Shown in pieces: positions 52,531-54,267 of a stretch of DNA of 54,267 nt. The notes beneath the pieces were generated by a model. That model did no database searches, was not told the DNA's origin, and saw nothing but the letters and a program-made list of their open reading frames with translations. The position numbers and the translations under genes were made by a program. Source of the DNA: Sedimentisphaerales bacterium (lineage in GTDB: Bacteria > Planctomycetota > Phycisphaerae > Sedimentisphaerales > SM23-30); contig CAXXMR010000023.1 in NCBI GenBank assembly GCA_963663805.2, positions 1 through 54,267 on the forward strand, in the 5' to 3' direction. Each line of letters opens with the position of its first letter. The stretch's first letter is position 1.

Positions 52531-54267
52531 TCAAGCCTGCTTTTGCAGCAGCCCGATATTGCCATAATAAATAGCACCGACCGCCTGAGCGAACTGGGCA
52601 ACCGTAAAATGCTCATCAGCCTGAAGCTGCTTCATCAGCGAAGTATTAGCAATCCCGCCGTCAGCGACATCCATCTGTAAATCATCAATACGGCGTTTGG
52701 CACCTTCGCACATCAAAATCAAAACAACTGCTGCGCTTGACCAGCCGACCAAAAAGCGTCCGGGCCGAAGAAGTAGGCTTGAGAATCCGCTGCGTCTCAA
52801 ACCACGTAATCGCCAGAAATTCACCCACCTGCCGAAAAATCTCCTGAGCAGGACCATCCGGTTCACGCTCCACCAGCTCCATCATGTGTTCCAGGAAGGC
52901 CTTACGCATGTCCTTCGGCTTAGTGGGGACCGTCAGCATCTTCACGCCACCGACTTCCGCTTCGATAACCAAACCTTTATCGAACAATTCCTGATAAAGC
53001 TCAGGCCGCTGCTCCGGAAAATATTTCATCCCCAGCCGGAAAACGCCGCTCTGACTGGTATAACGCTGAAGCGTGCCAGCCAGATTGGTATTGAAATTGT
53101 TGATACTGCGCACATCGTCCGCCGGAAATTCCTTCTCCGGAAAACTGCCCAAATCTATAATAAAATTATAAACCTCCAGCGGTATCTCCGGGATATGCCC
53201 GTGACTATCGACCCAACCTGTCCCCAATTCCGTCCCCAGCGTATGAGCGAAAACACCGTCCTTGATTTTAACCGCCTGGTCCGAAACAGCCATCTCCACC
53301 GCCGCCGTAAACGAAGCCATCGGCCCGTCATTGGTATCCTTAACCACCCCGCCGTCCTTGCACAAAGCCCGCAAATCATTATCCAGAGCCGTTATCTTGG
53401 CAAACTCATCTTCGTAATCAGTCTGCGGATTATCCCGCATCCCGCGCGTCTTGGTAACCTCGCCCCCCACCACTTTATCCTTAACAACCACATCCGGGAA
53501 ACAAAGCCCAACCGCGTCAATCTCAATCAACTGACCCGCTAAAGCAGCTTCAACCTTTTCTGTGGTCTTCAAAATCAGCTCATAGTCAGCGTCCTTGTCC
53601 ATCGCCGCGACCATTTCTTTTTGCAAACCCAACTTCTGCCCCGCTTCCAAATCGGCATTGTCCAGCGAAACCTCAGCCCGCATCAGCCGAACCAGAATAC
53701 AAATCGGGTCAATTAGCTCACGCGCCCAACTGTATTTCTCCGGAAACCAGTCGTATTCCTTCAGGCTCGCCAGTTTGCCATCAACCGCCAGCGCACCTTT
53801 AATGTCAGTACCGCCAATATCGAGCCCGCAAATAACCTTACCCGAAATCTCCTCGGAAACCCGCCGGAAGATCTCACTGCCGCCCCCGGTATCAGACTTT
53901 TCCTCAATCGCCGGCAGCTTGGCAATATCACAAACCTCAAACCGAAACTTAGGCTCATGCGGACAAATCGCCTTTATCATCCGGTCAATCACATTAACAC
54001 ACCGCCCGTACCCCCGCCTCTCCGCCAGCGACTTGTCAATATCGAACCGCTGATTGAGACCCTCAGCCAATCCCACCAGTTTCTCATCGGAACTATCAAC
54101 ATAAACCGTCATCTTCCGACCGCCCAGACACGACAGAATATTGTATACTTCCGCCCAAAGATAAGATTGAACAAACTCAGCTTGTTCCGAAGTTAGTCCC
54201 CCATAGCTCGGTATCTGAATCTCAAAAAGACGATACTCACCACCCGATACCAGCTCCAGCACACATG
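52531..54267 (-). CDS. Hypothetical protein with ROK/ASKHA sugar-kinase-like motifs; 5' end probably outside the window, frameshift near 52710
   Basis: GLDIGGTDIK, NDGPMA and HTLGTELGTG. The C-terminus continues in the 52531-52866 frame (QFAQAVGAIYYG). Confidence 0.65.

Overview
Chromosomal window from a planctomycete, probably Phycisphaerae-like, judged from 16S signatures, dockerin/PEP-CTERM proteins and gene content. Many frameshifts in 0.6-12.3 kb and 49.6-54 kb look like long-read indel errors. Housekeeping and metabolic genes include miaB (partial), hemC, an MscK-like channel, the carboxy(nor)spermidine pathway with agmatinase, a GH2 hydrolase, aconitase, ispD and TolC. There is also a stand-alone 16S rRNA gene, signalling genes, secreted modular proteins, several REP-like repeat families and two IS elements. 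The main finding is a complete IS1111-type (IS110 family) element at 30564-32163. Its 3' non-coding end contains a readable bridge/seek-RNA-like structure: one internal loop matches the reconstructed insertion target, and a second matches the element's own end junction. It sits in a REP-like repeat directly beside a decayed second copy. Other notable items are a low-GC gene flanked by 45-bp direct repeats of a gene 3' end that differ only synonymously, and a gene-orientation-independent GC-skew flip inside the aconitase gene.
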